Source: Chrysomallon squamiferum
Lineage: Eukaryota; Animalia; Mollusca
Assembly: GCA_012295275.1 (NCBI GenBank)
Contig: CM022666.1
Span: forward strand, 4,278,001 to 4,342,000
Direction: 5' to 3'
DNA: 64,000 nt
Of this stretch, positions 45,950-60,739 are shown one piece after another. Position 1 is the first letter of the stretch. The number at the start of each line of letters is the position of its first letter. A program made the translations under genes and the position numbers. A model generated the notes under the pieces. That model was given only the letters and a program-made list of their open reading frames with translations. It was not told where the DNA came from and searched no databases.

Positions 45950-46423
45950 CTGAATTTAGCCTCTCACATTTTTAAACTTAAAAATCCTATTATTTGATTC
46001 ACTCAAGCTGTTTCGAATTATAACTTTGTTCTAGTATTAAGTCTCTGTTGAATTTAATTAAAAGAACTTTAAATATTTCAATTAAGAATATATTTTTCTA
46101 TTTTATGTTTTACTTAAATTTATATTGTCTTAGGTGAATAATAGTAATATTAACAACAGAAATATGAATGAAGGATATTTCTTATATTAGTCTCTCTTGG
46201 CTATTGTAATCTACGTCCCGTGGATCGTAAGAGAGACGTTTCTTTGTGTGTTCAATGGCGCGTTTCGAAAGAGCGTCCATAGAAATAGCGTTAAAGCGAT
46301 TACATCATCTTTAAGTTTTCTATCCTTGTTTCAGTCAATCGAATGAAATAAAGAGATAAAAGTGTTTTCAATTCAGGAAATAACGAATAACCGTTAAATT
46401 AGAGTTCAGTTTGAAATCCAGAA

Positions 46424-46471
<48 letters not shown>

Positions 46472-47301
46472 CGCTCGCTCTCTCATTTCATTTATTCTTT
46501 TATTTTTATTTATTATTACTTTTTTATTATTGTTAATAATGAAAAGTGTCTTTCATAACAGGAAAATATTTTACAGTTTTGAAACAAAACATAAAATAAC
46601 GAAAAATAAAAAAATAAATAAATAAATAAATAAATAAATAACAATACCTGAAGCTCGATCTTTCTGCGTCGGCCCTTATTATTATTATTTTTTATTTTAA
46701 TTTATTTTATGTTTTGCATTAATCACCAGTCGTTGGAGAAACATGCAAATATTCCACTTTGACGCGCAAAATTATTTTCGAAAAAGGTTTATAAAAGATG
46801 ACGGAGCAAACAGTGTAAAAGCGATTCTTGGAACCTCAGTCTGAAAAGGTATTTTTCACCATCCTCGACTCAAAATATAATTGTATATTAATCTTTACAA
46901 GGAAAATGTGTTGTCTTGCTACAATCACAAATAACAACATTCTGAATGTGTAAACTTGTCATACATTTTGTGTTTTAAAAAATAACTATACATCTGTAAT
47001 AATTTCATTTTTATTTAAAAACACAAAATCTTTTTTTCTTTCATGATTTAACATTTATTAAACAAAACAATGTTTTATTTATTTATCACACAAATAACAA
47101 AAATAAATAAAAACAAACAATGTTTACAATACTGACAGAACAAAACACAAATAATGTTCTGGATTTTTAATGTTAATATACATAATTATTATGTATTTTG
47201 GTGTGTAGCTGTGAAAAATAAATAAATAAATGATTAAAGAGAGTCCAAAAAACCACTAAAAAAACAACTTAAAATAAATAAATAAATAAATAAATAAATA
47301 A

Positions 47302-47395
<94 letters not shown>

Positions 47396-47720
47396 ATTGA
47401 AATGAAATGAAATGAAATAAAATAAAATAAACTAATAAATAAATTAAAAAATATATATATTTTACATTTAAAGCACTTACAATAATCATTATTTACTTGT
47501 ACATAAAATAGCCACAAAAAACAATAATACTGTTGTTGTTTATTCTTGAAAAATTTATAAAGAAAAACTTCAGGCTAGCGGAAAAGGATTCTCATCTAAA
47601 GGTTATTAAGGAATTAATTTTTGCTAGTAAGTATTTAAACATTTTTAACTTGCTTCTATAGTCCATATATGAATCAGAGTGGGTACACAGTTTTGTAAAT
47701 AGACAGACAGACAGACAGAC

Positions 47721-47786
<66 letters not shown>

Positions 47787-48107
47787 ATAAATATAAATAA
47801 GTAAATATATATATAAGAAAAATGTAAATATTTTGTAGAAAATCACAGACCATATTTGTCAGACAAGACAACATTTTTTTTTTATAAAGAAAAATCAATA
47901 AAACATATAAGCATAAAACATATAGCATTTGTTTCAAGTATCACTGAATAATTGATAATATTAACAACAAAAATAATAATTGGAAAAAGATGTGTTGTTG
48001 AAAGGAATAAAATGGCTAAGCCAAAAAGCTAAAGAAAATCTTAATCCAACATTTATATCATTTAGTCACATGTATTACCATTTGCCAATCATTATAAAGA
48101 ATAAGCT

Positions 48108-48149
<42 letters not shown>

Positions 48150-48682
48150 CACTATTATACAAGCCTTGCAGAATTTTAGACTGGATTATTTCCAGAATTG
48201 TTTTTTGAGCATAAATCAGACAGGATTCAATCCTTTTTTCTAAAATTTTGTGTAGCATTTGACTGAATAGGATCATTTTTTTCTATAATCTTGTGTAGCA
48301 TATTTTCTTTTTCTACAATCCTGTCAAAAAAAAAAAAAAAGACTTTATCCGTTCTGTTTTAGAGCTTTTTAAGCACAGCATTTTTAAAATATTTATGTAC
48401 ATCAGCTGAATCTATTACTTTTTCACTGTTTTCCAAAGCCTGATAATAATAAATACACAACTGACAGTTGCATTTCACAAATTTTCATGAATTACTAGAC
48501 TTCTTTGATTTCTTTTCAATACCTTTAAAGATGTATGCTCAGTGCTATTTCAAAAACTTCATAACAAATTCTAGACTTGGTTCAAAGCAATTTCAAATTA
48601 TAAAAAGATGTATTAGACTGTTCCAATAAATTTTAAGAAATATTCAAGTATCTTTAGTGCTATTTGAAAACCCTGTATCAAA

Positions 48683-48876
48683 TTCTAGACCGGATTCAAG
48701 GCTATTTCAAAGTCTAATGAAAATGCTAGACTGTCTTCAGAGCTTTTTTAATTTTTATTTTATGAGGAATATTGGCCACCACACATCTGAATATGCTCTA
48801 GACTGGATTCGAGGCTATTTCAAAGTCTAATAAAAATGCTAGACTGTCTTCAGAGCTTTTTTAATTTTTATTTTAT
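48683..48876. repeat. About 80-bp direct repeat (two copies) in the Kelch 3' UTR
   Basis: ctagac.ggattc.aggctatttcaaagtctaat.aaaatgctagactgtcttcagagc occurs twice; an older copy lies at about 48568. Confidence 0.8.
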
Positions 48877-48897
48877 TTGTTTTTTAAATCACAGACT

Positions 48898-49502
48898 TCA
48901 GTGTTTTAAGACTTCGTGAGGAATATTGGCCACCACACAACCAAACGTGCTCATAACAGTAGGAAGTTCATAACCTTCGACCCAGGTCAGTTTCTTGTCC
49001 TTGCCCTCTCGAAGCCAGCACAGACCCGCCATCCAGCTCTTGTCATCCTCACCCCCAACAACAAGGATAGTGTTTCCGTATTTCACCACACCTGACACGC
49101 CCAAAATAAAATAATTTAGTACTTGGATACAGTGAGTGAATATTTATTTATAAACCTTCTGATAAACAAGAACAAAATACACACATACTAATCTAATGTG
49201 TGAAAATTCTTTCAAAGACACCTCAGAATATTTTTTGGGGGTATATTTAATAGTTATTAGGTGTGAAATATAATCTACACAAATTCACAAGCACATGTAT
49301 GCATTCTTTCATACATGTATGTTCACTAACCATAAATCAGTGTTGATACATTTGTACATCTATATATGCATACTTACATCCATTCTTATAAACATACATT
49401 CATACATCCATCCATCAATCCTTCCATCCATTCATCCATAAATACATCCATTCTTAAATACATATACATACATACATACATCCATTCTTAAAAAAATACA
49501 TC

Positions 49503-49534
<32 letters not shown>

Positions 49535-50321
49535 GACACTAACATATATACACACTCACATCTTCAACTATCTGTATTCAGATTTCTAAAAACGCATCTA
49601 CAAAAGCTATACGTCACTAAAATAACATAAGTAGATGGTAAGTGATGTCCTGCTTTGTCATTCTCACCTGTTCCACACAGAGGGTTGGGCAGCTCGGGTC
49701 CAGTGCTCCATGTTTCTTTCACTGGATTGAAAATCTCCACAGAACTAACGCAGTGTTCAGGTAAATACTCTTTAGTCCATTTCTCACTGATTCTGGAGTT
49801 ACCCCCTGTTAAAAAAATAATTTAAGTTTTGAAACACATAAGTAAACATGGTAATACTGGCGATTGTTGTAATGTCAGGAGTATGTGTGTGCAGGAATTG
49901 GTTTTATTGCTTGAATGCAGATGTAAATCACCACAAACATACACACAGACTATTACTACAGGGACATGTATAAACAGAAACTTGACAATCTTAGTGTGTG
50001 TGTGTGTATGACATATATGATTGAAAATATATTACAAAATGTATTAAGATTATATTTTTTGAGTACTTTCAAACAAATATAATTCTTTTGCATCTTTTTT
50101 ATCATCATCATCTGTGTCAATATTTTTGACTGTTGTTATTTTTTGTTTGTTTATTTATTTATTTATTTTATAAAGTGCTTACCAATAATATAAATGTTAT
50201 TTTTATATACCACACTTCCTGCTAATACTCTGGGTGTGCTCATGGGAGGTAACTCTGTCCAGGTGTCATCAGCTGGATCATACCTGTGAAAATTAGAATA
50301 AAAATAATAAAGATAATAATA

Positions 50322-50362
<41 letters not shown>

Positions 50363-52575
50363 AATAATAATAATAATAAAATATAACAAATCGAATGAAT
50401 AAACCTTCTAATAAGTAACTATCAAATATGCATCAATTAACAAATGAACAAATATTTAACAGACTTAATACATTTAACCATTATTAACAACAGTTCAAAA
50501 AAACAACAACTGGTAACTGCCATTTTAAACATTACTTTTTTTCTCCAATTAATAGCTAAACATCAAAAATATTTTGTACTCACTTTCCCTGCAGTAAATT
50601 GGGAAAAGACATACAATACATTTAAAAAAAATTAATAATAAAATAAAATAAAATAAAACAAAATTTGAAGTACTGGTTAGAACTGGATATGGCTGTAATG
50701 CAGAATAAACAAGAATGGATCCTCAAATCAAGCACACATCAGCCATGCAATCTTACCACAAACTCCTAAATACCTTCATGACAAACTTCCCCCAATCTCT
50801 ATAATAACCCCCCCCCTCTGTATTTGTGTGTTTCTACCTGGATCTTACCTGTAAGCATTCAGACTGATCTCTGTTTGATTCTCTCCCCCGAAGACGTAAA
50901 GTTTTCCGCAGTAACTCAGAGAGGTCATGAACCTGAGTGGCTGCGGGAGCGGATTGACCAGTGTCCAGCTGTCCGTGTGTGGACAGTACCGCTCAACACT
51001 TGTGAGAATTTCATTACCGTCGTGTCCCCCTACAGCAAACATGTACCTAGAGAGAGAAACATTTGATAACCGTCTTTTATATAAATATGTGTATATATAT
51101 GTAAATGTTATTTATTGTTTATAAATTACAAACAAGGTTATATAATATAAAACTAAAAAGAAGTATACAGAATGTTGTTCTGTATAAAATGATAAAAACA
51201 GAAATTATAAAAGGGTTTTTCTTTCACTGCACCCTCTATAAATACGAGACCATTTATATAGTATTCTTGGAACTTGAGGTAAACCAGATTCTTGGAATTA
51301 TAGATTTTCTGACTGAAGCTTATTATATATTTAAAATTTAAATAAGCCATGAATACATTTTGTGTGTTAGCAGAAATGTGGTGCATAAGAATGATATTTA
51401 CATTATCAGTAAACATTTCCCAAAAAATAAATAAAATAATAATAAGAAAATAAATTAAAATAAAATAAAATGAAATGAAATAAAATGAATAAAGAAAGAA
51501 AAACAGAAACAATAAAAACAATGACAATAATAATGATGATGAAAATTGTATTTAACAGGAATAAAATAATACACTTTTAAAACTGGTTTTCTCAAAATTC
51601 TAGTTTTCTGAAAGTCAGATAAGACATTTTTTATCATCAGTATTCATAATTATGCGAGTTCCAGATGCAATGCTTGTTTGTAGTACATAACCTATCCAGC
51701 AATTTTCGTATAAGAATCATGTGAAGATGATGCATTCCTATTGGGGATGTCAGAAGACATTACAGCAACACTGAACTAATAAAAAAACGGTGAGACTGTG
51801 ATTAAAAAGAATCTTTATGGAAGAAACGTTTCAGGAGAGAAATGGCAGCTGAACTTCTTAACATGTTATAAGATTAAAACCTTTTAATTATAAAGAAAGA
51901 ATAACAAAAAAAAAAAGACAAAATCTTTTCCCATAACCCCTTTTCAGATTAATCCTAATTTTTAATTTGTGCAGTCACATACGACATCTTCAACAAAAAT
52001 CAAAGGACAATAGCTGGAATTGGAGAAAAAATAAAACATGATGGGAAGGGCTGAAAATGTTATTACCCATCGACAACAGTGAGACAGAACTCGGATCTCG
52101 ACATGTGCATTTTGGCCTTCGACTGCCAGGAACCGTGCACCTGATCATATGTGTACATGTTGTTGGACATTCCTTCTGTGGTGATCGATCCTCGATAATT
52201 TATTTTTCTTGTTGCCCCTCCTGCCAGGTAAATCTGATTGTCTCCAGTTATAGCACAGCCTGAAAACATTTTTTAATGTGAGTGTTTTTTATTAACTAAA
52301 ATGAAAATAACAATAATAATAATAACAATAACAATAACAATAATCCGTAAATAAAATCAATTATTATTTTTAAAAAAAAAAATTTTTTATAAAGTTACAG
52401 TGATGATGATGATGATGGTGGTGGTTCTGGTGGTCATATTAATGAATAAATTTCAATTTTTAAAAATAATACACTGAATGAATTTATATTTAAATGCATA
52501 TATATATATAATTTATGAATTTAGTAAATATAAAAAATTAAATAAAACAAAGTTTTTCTTGTATAAAAAGAAACA

Positions 52576-52610
<35 letters not shown>

Positions 52611-54185
52611 CAATAATGATGATGATGATGATGACAATGGTAAATAATAATAAAATAAAAATAATAATAATGATAATAAATAAGAACAGAGAAATATCAA
52701 TAATAACAGCAACAGAAATCAATGGAACCTAACAAAATCTATTCATAATTTTTTCATATTTATACAGAAAATTAATTTTTCCTTCACATCACAGGCTAAT
52801 CATAGATTCTGATAAATTCAAAGAAACAACTGAACAGAATTCTGTTTTGTGAAATCAGGATGAAAAACTTTAGACATATTATAAACCAGTTACAACTCTA
52901 CAATATCAGTTTCTCTTAATCTTATGTCATAGTATAAATTCTTCTCTTTTTTTTCCTCAATTAATTTATCACAAAAAACCAAAAAAAACAACAAAAAAAA
53001 ACAATTGTTTAAATCAAATCTTCTGACATCAAGAACATAAACACCTTTCTTTGTAATATTCTTCATAAACTACAAGATTTTATTTTGGAACAGCAAGATT
53101 CACACTTTACCTGGAGTAAACAAACTTTGCGGCAGTTTGCAGATGCTGACAACTTCGCCCGTTTTCGGCAGCAACAGTTCCATGCTGTTGTATTTCTTCA
53201 GGGCATCCTCCGTGTACGGGTTCGCTATGATCATCACCCCCCTCACGTAAACCATCCCCCTCCTCGGCATCAGGTTCAGGTCCATCTCCAGGTGCCTGTT
53301 CTTCAGGATGTGATAGTAGCGAATGAGGTCCAGCATCTTCCGCAGGTCTGTGTTCGAAAGCAAGATCGGATTCGTGTCGATTCGGTCGCAGAAATAGTAC
53401 GAGTTGATGACGGCAAAACGAACGAATTTCATCACAAACTCTAAATGCGTGATGCGGTTTTCTTTATCCTGTTCCAGCCAGGCAAGGAGCGCTTCGTAGA
53501 CTGTTTCCTCGGAGGTGACGTTGATTTCGTCGTCGCTGACGATCTCCCCAAGCTTGTCGGCCGGCAGTGACAAAAACTCCTGCTGCTGACAGATCGTTGG
53601 GAATTTGTTGTTGATGATTTCTTTGGCTTTTGTCGCTAGGATTTCGCACTCGTGCGCTTTTGCGAAGAAATACACGCCAATGCAGTTGCTAACGGTTACG
53701 TGATTCATCATGAAATCGGCACAGCCGTTTCGTAGCGAGATCAGCTGGAAAAGGTTCGAGGCAGACAGAAGGCTCTGCACAGTTTCTTCGGTCAACAGGA
53801 CTCGTCCTGTATAAATGTAATCCAGAACAAGCGACATTGTTTGCGAGTCGATATCTTTCAGAGTTACCTTCTCCTGCCGACTTTCAGCCATGTTGTTTGA
53901 GAACATTGCCATGAAGTACGGACTCGAAATGGCCAGTACGTTTTTGTGACACGAAAATTCCTTTTTCTCGACGCAGATAATGACGTCGACAAACTCCTTG
54001 TCGATGTAGAGTTTAGAAAATCCTGACAACAGACTTGAAGCTCGCAGCTGGTCGACAAACTGGTCGTCTTCAATACTCGAATTGACCTCACTAACCTGAG
54101 AGATTTCCGAGGTCGCCATGAAAACCGATGGCACCTCCCTTTGCTGTGACATGTCTGATGACATCAGCAGACTCGATTCCATCAT
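48898..54185 (-). CDS. Kelch-like BTB-BACK-Kelch protein (putative Cullin-3 substrate adaptor), 632 aa. Exons 54185-53111, 52259-52067, 51046-50849, 50283-50183, 49805-49668, 49091-48898
   Basis: BTB (FVDVIICVEKKEFSCHKNVLAISSPYFMAMF), BACK (NCIG...EETVYEALLAW) and kelch GG/W repeats (IYLAGG, MFAVGG, IYIIGG, ILVVGG). 1899 nt, phases consistent. Paralogue identity not assignable by eye. Confidence 0.93.
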
Positions 54186-54546
54186 CTTGTTAATCTATTC
54201 AGCGTTCTGTATGACGACTGGAATGAACTGTTATATTTAAAAAAAAAAATGTTTGATTATTATAATTGATACTGACAATACAGATATGGTCCATATATAC
54301 ATTTATACATACACAAAAATCTGTGTACATTATACTACACATACACAAGAGCACATACACAAAAGCATACAATATATATATATATCTATATATAAACATA
54401 TATATATATATATATATATGTATATTTGAATAATATGGATAGAAAAACAGTTATTACTTAGAAGTTAATCAAATACCACCATTTAAGAAAACAAATATTT
54501 ACATAAATACACAATACATAAATAAATATGACAATGTCATACTTAC

Positions 54547-57315
54547 AAGAATGTTTTGAAAATATATTTAAAGATGACAGGATCCAGCACCAACTAATCT
54601 GAGAATCCACAAGAGGACACCATCACTGAACTGTCAAAACCAAACAACAAAAATTCTCATTAAGTAAATAAAGAACTTCAGCTATTGTCTAAAATACAGC
54701 TACAGTCCATATTTAAACGTTCTCGTTATGCACAGAAACTGCAATTCGACAAACCCAAAACATTACCATTTATAATACCGGCATCAGGAATGAAACGGTA
54801 ATAGATAATACCATTACAATAAATGTTCAAATACTTAAATGCACGAATAACATTTAAAATATGCAAGTTATCTCATAATTTATAATGTACAGCTTAAAAA
54901 TGCTTTTTAAATAAACTAATTTCGAAGAATTTAAACGAATCTTTCAAAGCTATTAACGGAAACATAGAATAATTAGTCAACACAATTCTACCACAGAATT
55001 ATGCGCTCCTTTCTATTGATTGCCTTAAATCCCAGCCAAAACGTTGCGCACCATCACAGAATAACAATTATAATAATAAATATAGATTTAAACGCTGAAA
55101 TAATTATATAAATTACGATAAAAAGGAGAAAACAAGCACGGGGCTGTTCTTGCATGTTTCTTTAAACTGCTCTAATAAGCAGTGAACTTAAATTGAAACT
55201 GAACATTTTTCCTGACATGGATAATGAGTTACAGATAATTCAACTATGATATATTTTTATCTGGAATATAATTGGGATTTTTTGAGGTTTTTTGGGGGGA
55301 GGATTTGTTTGTTTGTTTGTTTGTTCTTCTTCTTTTTTCTTCTACCATATAAAACTTATATTTGTTCGCTTTTATTTTACCGTTATAAATAAAGGGATTA
55401 AAAGCAAGCACAGTCAAAAGAAAGTAAACATAATTGTAGAACATGGTTAGAACAGGAAATAGCCCAATAAGAGCATCGTAGATAACTGACCTAGTAACAT
55501 ATTACACGTAAGGCCATGTAAGATCTACTATTAAGCTAAACAGCTTACGATTTGGGTTAATAAGTGTTGCATAATGCGTTCCTCATTTCTGACTAAACAC
55601 AAATTATTTGAAAACATGTATCGTTATCTTAGGTACAAATTATAAAATATGTCCGCTCCTTTCTGAATTACTATTTGAAAATAAATCCGCTGAATTTAAA
55701 TTTAAAAAAATAGTTACGCTAACTTCTTAGCACCAATTTTAAATTATAATTATTATTATGCTGTGGGCCTAATTTGTTTTTAGAAATACTTTCCTTTCTA
55801 TGAGGTTTTTTTTTTTTTTTTTTTTTTAGGGCAGATCGAAAGATGATTTTTTTTTGAAATTTTCCCTTTTTATGTTTACCAGCAAACAAAGACACTTAGA
55901 CACCTTCATTTCACTGAGTTATTTTCGGCACTCGGAATGTTCTGGATTTCCCCGAACGTGAGGGTATGGGGAAAATAAAATAACAACACATTATGCTATA
56001 ATGTCTTAAGTATTTGTCTGTTCCAATACTGTAATATAATGACAAATATAATATCCATCTGTTGTATTTTGTATTAATTTACTAATTAACGTCATAACTG
56101 CTTTTATAAATGTGCGTTGTGATCTGAACAAGTATCGAAAATATTACGTTCGAATTTATAATAATAATGACTTCATTAATTGATATTATTTTTTTTTTAA
56201 ATCTGATAGTTTGTCCTTTCTAAATAATTATATTTTAATTAACAAAAAAAGTAATTCACTACGTGGAATTTGAATTTACATGGCTTGATATCATATTTAA
56301 TGTGATAAATTAATAAAAGGGAAAAAGTTATTTTAACACACCTCCAGTGAATCCTCAGATTAGAGTTACAAATAAGGAAACGCACTATTTCTCGGTATCT
56401 CTGATCTCCCTTCACAGAATAAATCTTTCGCCTTTTACTAAAGATTTCCGTGGAGGGGGACAACTCAATGAGTCTATAGACTTATTTTTATAAACCTTAC
56501 GTATGTAAGGTTAGTTTCAATTCAAAATCAGTAAATTATAACATATTAGTATCTTGAAATAGACTCATTTCATTTAAGAGAAAACCTGTTAAAGAGGATG
56601 AAACAAAACGTGAACAATTTAATTAACAACGAAGCAAACATGATGCTAGGTTTTGTTAGGTTTTTAAGATGTGAAAATAACAGGTGAAATGTACGGGGTA
56701 AAAAAACCTGTACATTAGAAGGAAATGGCTCACATGTCAAGTAGTTTGTATCCAAAAATTATAACACATATATATAGCCAAAAAAAGCACATTTTTGTAT
56801 AAAACCCATTTAACTTTGATTTTTCTCGGAAGCTGAAAAAAATACGATGTATTATTATGGTTGTGTCCAAAGTACTGGATATATCTGTTTAACGATGGCG
56901 AAGTGTGTGACGTCGTATGAGTTAGTTAGTCCTGTAAAAACTCCGAGCATATATAAACTTTATAATCCACTGGATTATCCGTTTTATCCACTCTAACAAC
57001 AGCAGCGAAATTACGTTAATTCGTTTACAGATAATCTCTTTATAATCTGGAAATTACTTTTTTTTTTTTTTTTTTTTTTTTATTAATCCCTACTATTAAC
57101 ACTGTATGATAATTGGGATAATATAATTATGTAGGTATATATATTTTGTTTTAAATTAACTTTCTTACATGTGCAGTTTGGGGATTGTGGGTAATGTGTT
57201 TGTGTCATGGAACTGTTCAAGCATGTTTGTCGTGTACAACTTACGACATCGTCACCTCTCTGTCCCAGAAGACAGTGGAGAATACAGAATACTTTTATAT
57301 ACAGGTCACGCCCTT
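54547..57315 (-). promoter_or_regulatory. Probable promoter and non-coding 5' exons of the Kelch gene (about 57270-57245 and 54630-54547)
   Basis: Minus-strand TATATAAAA at 57301-57293, GTAAGT donors at 57244-57239 and 54546-54541, acceptors TTTTGACAG at 54631 and ATAACAG at 54228. Confidence 0.45.
56399..56531 (-). mobile_element. Dispersed repeat fragment, inverted copy of 45817-45949
   Basis: Shared core ctccacggaaatctttagtaaaaggcgaaagatttattctgtgaag on the opposite strand. Confidence 0.75.
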
Positions 57316-58673
57316 GCGCGCGCGCAGACACATACCACACACAGACACACACACACGCACACACACACGTGTAGAGAGAGATGTGCCTGCTTGTATGTGT
57401 ATAGAAGTGTGTGCGTGTGCGTGCCTCACGTATAGCTGGTGGACAACAAAACCTGACGGTTTAGCCATTAGATTGTTTCCTCTTGCAGTGACATAACACA
57501 CAGCTATTAGTAATTAAAGTAGTAGGGATTATGACAGTGGTGATAGCAGTAGTAGCGATGCTAGTGTTGATGCTGATGTTGTTATTAAAAGCATACATTA
57601 ATAACTAAAAACAATATTTTAAAAACCTTTATTCTCTTTCTTTATTGCCTTTTTTTTTTTTTACATCTTTCGTTTTCATAAATGTAGTTGATGAAATGGA
57701 TGAAATATAAAACACAATCTGTTTGCAACAAATAAACACTTCTAAGTTAATGGGTTTTTTTTACTTTTGGCGATCAATCTTTGGCAATAACAAAGTCCGG
57801 TAATAAAATAAGGAGGTCATGTTCTGAGAGTGATATTTTATTATTTTTATTATTTTATTTATTATCATTATTATTATTATTATAATTTTTTTTATTTTTT
57901 TTTTTTTATTTATTTATTATTATTATTATTATTTATTTATTTTTTTTTTTTTTTTTAAGTAATTTCATAAACAGAAAATCATTGCAAAGCTGACACGTTC
58001 TCATTTTATGAGGAATTGTTGTATGAAATGACGTCACTAATAGAAGAAAATGTCCACCGCTTTGCGAGATGCTAAAATGTCAGGGTCATACTTTATTATC
58101 CAAAGCTATCGCCAACTAAAGGTCGAAAAAGTAAAAATAAAACTTATAGATCTCATAGCATGATTGTTTTTGTTTTAATATTTTTATTTTTAATTATTAG
58201 AAGTTCAAGGTCACGGCACTAGCTCAGAAATAAAGTTCACAAATTAATATTGTTCTTACAATATTCATTCACTTTATCTTGTATCAATGCAAAACAATTA
58301 TCAACTTGGCTATTTTGTGACATTTATATAAAATGAAAGTGACTATAGTTTTGCCATATTTTTATATGATATAAATCAAACTGAATCTCGGCAATACATT
58401 TTAAAATTATAATTTAATGGCTGTATTTGTTTATTTCTTTGTTTTGTTTTTGCTTCACAAAATTGATTACGCCTTTTTTTCTTTCTAGTGCTATTTATTA
58501 ATTAAATTAAATTAAATTATATTTATTTATTTATTTATTTACCTTTTAAAAATAGAAAGTAATACAAAATTCACCCATGTCGCAAAACAATAATGAACTT
58601 TGCTTTTCGGTAAGAAAATCGTAGGTAAAGAACAATATGCAAACTAAACCATAAGCTATGACGTCACAAAATT

Positions 58674-59962
58674 TCAGGTTGGGTCTGGCTCATCTTTCGA
58701 ATGGGGCGCTCGTATTCTTTTCCCGCTAGGAATGCTGGGTAATCGAATCATACTGTTAGAACCAGTATGCTGAGAAATGGGCGAGCCGGGGCCCATTCTG
58801 GGTGAAATTGGGGTCAGAGGTCGAGTTTTTGTGACGCCATCATAATGACAGTAACTATACGAATCACGTGACAGGCGCGTCAAGGGCGACTGTATCAAGC
58901 GACTGAACCGTTCGCTTTCGTCCCTGGGGCTGAACATCGGGGACGGCGTCGCACCAACGGAGGGGGACATCATGACGCGCCTGTAGAGGTCGCTGTTCGG
59001 TCGCTGACTCGGGGAGGCTCTGATGTAGGAGGGCCGGATGGGCGTGCCGAAAGGGCGAGGCGATGAGGCATAAAATGGCGACGAGCACGGGTGGAGCGGA
59101 GTGTTTCTGTTCCCCTCGCGCAACAGTTCGAAAAGCACGATCTTGTCCTTCACGTTGGCGTCTGCGTACGCGTCCTGAATCAGAGTCCTGCAGCACTCCG
59201 CCAGCCTCAGTTTCACCGCCAAGTCGAGGGCGGTGAGTCCCTGCTTGTTGGCAACGTTGACGTCCACCCTGGACTTGGTGTTCTGGTGTTTCGCCAGGAT
59301 ACGTATTGCTTTGTGGTTGTTGTTGTTCACCGCGTGTATTATGGCGGTCGATCCGTCTTTGTCTTGCAAGTTGGGGTCGCAGCTCTTGCACTTGATGAGA
59401 AGACGCACAACGTCCGACTTCTCGTCTTCCATGCTGGCGTACATGAGCGCCGTGCGACCCGACTCGTCCTGACAGTTGACGTCACACCCGTGCCTCAGCA
59501 GCAGGCGAACCACGTGACCTCTGACGTCATCCTTGTGAATGAACACGGAGTGGATGAGCGGCGTTCGCGAATACGAATCCCTGATGTTCAGGTTTTTCGT
59601 CTTTTGTAAAATTGAGCTGAGTCGGTGAACTTTGCCGAACGAAATGGCCATGAAGAGACCTTTGTCGTCATCCACGGTGGGTGAAAAAAGCTCACATGTT
59701 CGTCCATCTTCCTTCATAGTTCCAGATCTAGAAAATAAACAAAGAAAGAAAACAAACAAAGTGACTTATGAGCTAAGAAAGAGACGAGATTCATTTTAGC
59801 TAGGAAAAAACTGAAGTTAGACCTTGTACTGGACATTATGTTCTAGTTTATACTGGATGTTATATTCAAGTTTATATTGGATATTATATTCTCGTTAATA
59901 CTGGATATTATATTCAAGTTTATACTGGTTATTACATTCAAATTTATACTGGATATTTTATT

Positions 59963-60027
<65 letters not shown>

Positions 60028-60668
60028 CGTTATAGTAAAGTTTATATTGGACATTATATTCAGCTTTATATTGTATATCATATTCGAGTTTTATACCGGA
60101 TAATATATTGAAGTTTCTATTGGACGTTATATTCAAGCTTAAACTGAAATAAGAGTGAAATTTATATCGAACCTTACATTCAGGCTTATAGAGAACTAAG
60201 ATTGACTACGTTTCCCTTAGCACCCATGATAACTGAAAATAAAGGTTAAATATAAGTTCATATGATATGAAAATAAAATGTATATTGAGATTAGACTGAG
60301 AGTGAATTAGTTAATTAAAGATCAATCTACTGTCGAACAAAATATTTAACTGAGGAGAAAAATGGCATTGTTAGAGAATAAAATAAAAGGAACATTTTTC
60401 AACACAAAGAATTGGTAAGTTAAGATTACATGGCGTCATACATATCATCAAGACCATGCATACAAAGAGAGAGGAAACCCGCAGACACTATGTGATGATC
60501 TACTTCATATTTTCATATGCAGCTTAAAATGTTTTATGTTAACCTTCCCAGCCACAGGAAAGCACATACTGGTGATAGTACGAATAAAAATACCAAAATA
60601 TATTTGGTATACTTATATGGGACAGGTATATTAAGAATTTCAAATCAATTTCAAAACAAAACAATATT

Positions 60669-60739
<71 letters not shown>

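Noticed and set aside
58864-59609. Overlapping alternative-frame and antisense ORFs in the ankyrin exon (likewise 53085-54091 in the Kelch gene)
   Set aside because: Shadows of GC-rich coding sequence with no recognisable domains.
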